This document shows, piece after piece, positions 61,234-64,000 of a DNA stretch of 64,000 nt; the first letter of the stretch is position 1; the number at the start of each line of letters is the position of its first letter. Made by a program: the position numbers and the translations under genes. The stretch comes from an uncultured candidate division Zixibacteria bacterium (GTDB lineage: Bacteria > Zixibacteria > MSB-5A5 > UBA10806), in contig CAWFQL010000017.1 of assembly GCA_963817915.1 (NCBI GenBank), positions 1 to 64,000 on the forward strand, given 5' to 3'. Below the pieces are notes generated by a model. The model searched no databases. It was not told the DNA's origin and saw nothing but the letters and a program-made list of their open reading frames with translations.

Positions 61234-63042
61234 ATATTTTGGGTGTAAATGCATTCGGCTATAACCCTTCCGCATGTCTGGTTAGAGACGGCAAACTGGT
61301 GGCTTTCTGCCAGGAAGAGCGATTAACAAGATTAAAAGGTTCACACGGATTATTCCCTTCATTGGCGGTGTCATGGTGTTTAAGCAGTCAAAAAATAAAT
61401 CTGCAGGATATAAATAATATCGCCGTCAGTTGGGGATGTGACAAGCATCCCTGGAAAATGATAAGGCATTTAACTAAAGAAAGAATAAAACTATTAAAGT
61501 ACGGCTCATATTATTCGCCATCTTCCATAAATCACAAGGATAGCTTTATTTCTGCTCTGACACATATACGCACTTTCACGCCCAGAAATATAATCAAAAA
61601 TATCCGGGACAATCTTAGGATTTCAGGGCACAAAGGACCAATCCCTCCCATTGAATTCGTTGAGCATCATTTATGCCATGCATTCCAAAGCTTTTATCAA
61701 TCAGGCTTTGATAAAGCATCTGTTCTTGTGGCTGATGGCAGCGGGGAGGAAAATTGTGTTAGCGGCTTCTTGTTCGATAATTACAATCATCAGAGGATAT
61801 TCAATATCGATATTCCGCATTCTCTTGGATGGTTTTACAGCGGTTTTACTTCATATTTGGGATTTAAGCCGATCAGGGACGAAGGTAAAATGATGGGGTT
61901 GGCCGCGTATGGCGAAAAAAGAAAAGAAAATAATATATGGCTGGATAAGCTTGACAATGTACTGAAAATCGGAAAAGAGGGGTTCGAATTAGATCCAACA
62001 TTTTTCAAATTTGGCGGAAATGAATATCATCCTCGATTTACGGATAAAATGGTGAAATTTATAACTTCGAACGAAGCCGAATCTTGAGCCTATTTCATTG
62101 AATGAAAATGTCAGCCAGAATGGGAGCAGTCTCAATAAATATCTTCTTGATGATTATATAGATTTGGCCTATGCCGTACAGTCTCGTCTGGAAGTTGCAG
62201 TCGTAACGTTGGTAAATACGCTGATTAGAAAAACCAAATGTAATGACCTGTGCCTTGCAGGCGGTATATTCATGAATTGCAAGGCTAACGACGTAATTCT
62301 GAATAAAACCGGCATCGATAATATATTTATTCATCCGGCTTCTTCAGACGATGGCTCGTGTATCGGCGCCGCCTTCTATCTTTCCAAGGCGATGGGTTAT
62401 GATCCGCGAAATAAATTGAAAAATACACAGCTCGGACCTTCATTTAGTAATTCAGAAATCGAGAAAGTGCTTAGTACATGCGGGCTGCCTTTTTCGGCCC
62501 CAGACGATATCTGCGCGGAAGTATCAAAACTATTAGCTTCAGGTAAAATGGTCGCGTGGTTTCAAGGCGGATGCGAGATGGGAGCCAGAGCGTTAGGTGG
62601 AAGAAGCATAATTGCATCACCGCTGAATAATGGGATAAAGGCCAAAATTAACGAATATGCCAAAAGGAGAGAACATTGGCGCCCATATTGTCCCTCTATT
62701 ATTCTTGAACAAGCTGAAAAATATATAGATAAGCCGGCAAATACGCCCTTTATGATTTTAGCGAGACAGTCTACAGACCTATTGCGAAAAGCGGCTCCGG
62801 ACGTTGTTCATGTCGATAATTCGGTTCGTCCTCAGATGGTCCAAAAATCAACACTGCCGCGATGGCATAAGTTAATAGAGGATTTTGGAGTTCTCACAGG
62901 GCATCCAGTAATTTTAAATACATCGTTGAATGTCCGAGGTGAACCAATGGCCTGCCGACCCCATGACGCGATTAACTATTTATATTCGACAGGATTAGAC
63001 GCCCTGGCCATAGAAGATTTTCTGGTCATCAAGAATCGTTAA
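61230..63042 (+). CDS. Carbamoyltransferase (NodU/CmcH family), frameshift near 62085
   Basis: QEERLTR.K, EHHLCHA, DGSGE, EGKMMGLAAYG; then LAGG..MNCKAN, E.G.RALG.RSI, RE.WRP, NTSLNVRGEP. Confidence 0.9.
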
Positions 63043-63075
63043 CCTGCCAAAATTTATTGCGGATAAAAAGAATAA

Positions 63076-63762
63076 TTGATTTATACAATTAGAAAATTCG
63101 CGACTCTATTTTTAGATAGAGTCATAAGAAGATCAAAAATGCTTACCCGCATTCTATTTGGAATCAAGATTGTTTATAGCGATAAGGCTCATTGGGATTT
63201 CACGACTTTAGTTTTCAAGTATGCTTTGGTTGACACAACCAAGCCGAAAGATGATATACTGGAAATAGGGACTGGTCCTCATGCTATTTTATCTATATAC
63301 CTGGCAAAAAGAATAAAATGCAACATTACGGCCAGCGACATTAACTCGGAATATGTTGAAAATGCCATTAATACCGCGAATAGGAACGATGTAGATATAA
63401 AAATTATCAAAAGTGACCTGTTTGAAAATATCAAGAGTCAATTCGACATGATATTTTGGAATTCCATTTATATTCCGCGAGCTGTCGGAGAAAAAATTGA
63501 TATTGATAAAATTTGCAAATATAAAACAGACTGGTGCGGTGGCGAAACAGGCCTTGAGGGCATCGAAAAGCTGCTGAATAACTCGAAAAGTCATTTAAAA
63601 AATAACGGGCTATTGCTCATTGGATTCAGCAGGGTCTATCTTAATGAAGATGCGGTGATCGAAAAATGCCGAAATTCGGGATATTCCGTTGAGAAGATCA
63701 TCAAACGACCGCTGAATCCCAGTCGAGTGTTTATAGTCAAAAATAAGATTCACCAAGAATAA
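63076..63762 (+). CDS. Class I SAM-dependent methyltransferase (HemK-like)
   Basis: LEIGTG, SDIN, SDLF, FDMIFWNSIY, GGETG. Confidence 0.85.
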   Translation: MIYTIRKFATLFLDRVIRRSKMLTRILFGIKIVYSDKAHWDFTTLVFKYALVDTTKPKDDILEIGTGPHAILSIYLAKRIKCNITASDINSEYVENAINTANRNDVDIKIIKSDLFENIKSQFDMIFWNSIYIPRAVGEKIDIDKICKYKTDWCGGETGLEGIEKLLNNSKSHLKNNGLLLIGFSRVYLNEDAVIEKCRNSGYSVEKIIKRPLNPSRVFIVKNKIHQE

Positions 63763-63957
63763 AGCCGCATTTATAAGCAAGACCATTATATCCATACTAG
63801 TATGAAATACGGAGCATTCTGAAGATGCCAGTATAAGTGTATTGATAAAGTGCGTTTACCCCAAAATCCCCCTAAAAACCATTGACTTTCAACCCCAAAA
63901 TCATATTTTTAATTTTCTATGGTGAAAAAAGAACGATTAAGATAAAGAGGTCATTTA

Positions 63958-64000
63958 ATGAAAAATATGAAACCGGAAGATATTAAGGTAATTCTGGCCA
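63958..64000 (+). CDS. Start of a CDS running off the window
   Basis: AGAGG then ATG; MKNMKPEDIKVILA open to the edge. Confidence 0.45.
   Translation, partial: MKNMKPEDIKVILA

Noticed and set aside
62085..62087. Selenocysteine readthrough at the carbamoyltransferase TGA
   Set aside because: The homologous sequence continues in another frame and readthrough meets another stop within a few codons.

Overview
Bacterial genomic window, by inference from an FCB-group organism such as candidate phylum Zixibacteria (secreted proteins with Y/NPNPFN-type C-terminal sorting domains, a dockerin, alternative complex III). Many single-base frameshifts suggest an imperfect long-read assembly. Layout: (1) 1-3750, right end of an integrative element (frameshifted RuvB-like AAA+ motor with a predicted N-terminal membrane anchor, a TTGAA-N20-GTTTACA triplet, excisionase, tyrosine integrase) abutting the 5' end of tRNA-Leu(TAG); (2) tig-clpP-clpX; (3) secreted and membrane genes separated by palindromes next to a REP-associated tyrosine transposase (RAYT); (4) rarA, hemW, a LepB paralogue lacking the catalytic Lys, a HAD hydrolase, and a DUF302 / small membrane protein / FmdB-family operon whose last gene looks like a selenoprotein (in-frame TGA plus SECIS-like hairpin); (5) cNMP-sensing histidine kinase, DUF3307 protein and soluble-adenylate-cyclase-like NTPase/TPR protein; (6) YjbQ, a thiolase with altered catalytic residues, AlkD-like protein, repeat lipoprotein, ADP-forming acyl-CoA ligase, secreted transglutaminase-like protein, crotonase; (7) alternative complex III (actABCDEF, probable actG) joined to a caa3-type A2 oxidase operon; (8) secreted hydrolase-like proteins and the start of an amidotransferase / carbamoyltransferase / methyltransferase cluster. 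Several REP-like palindrome families are spread across the window. All family assignments come from motif recognition by eye; no searches were run.
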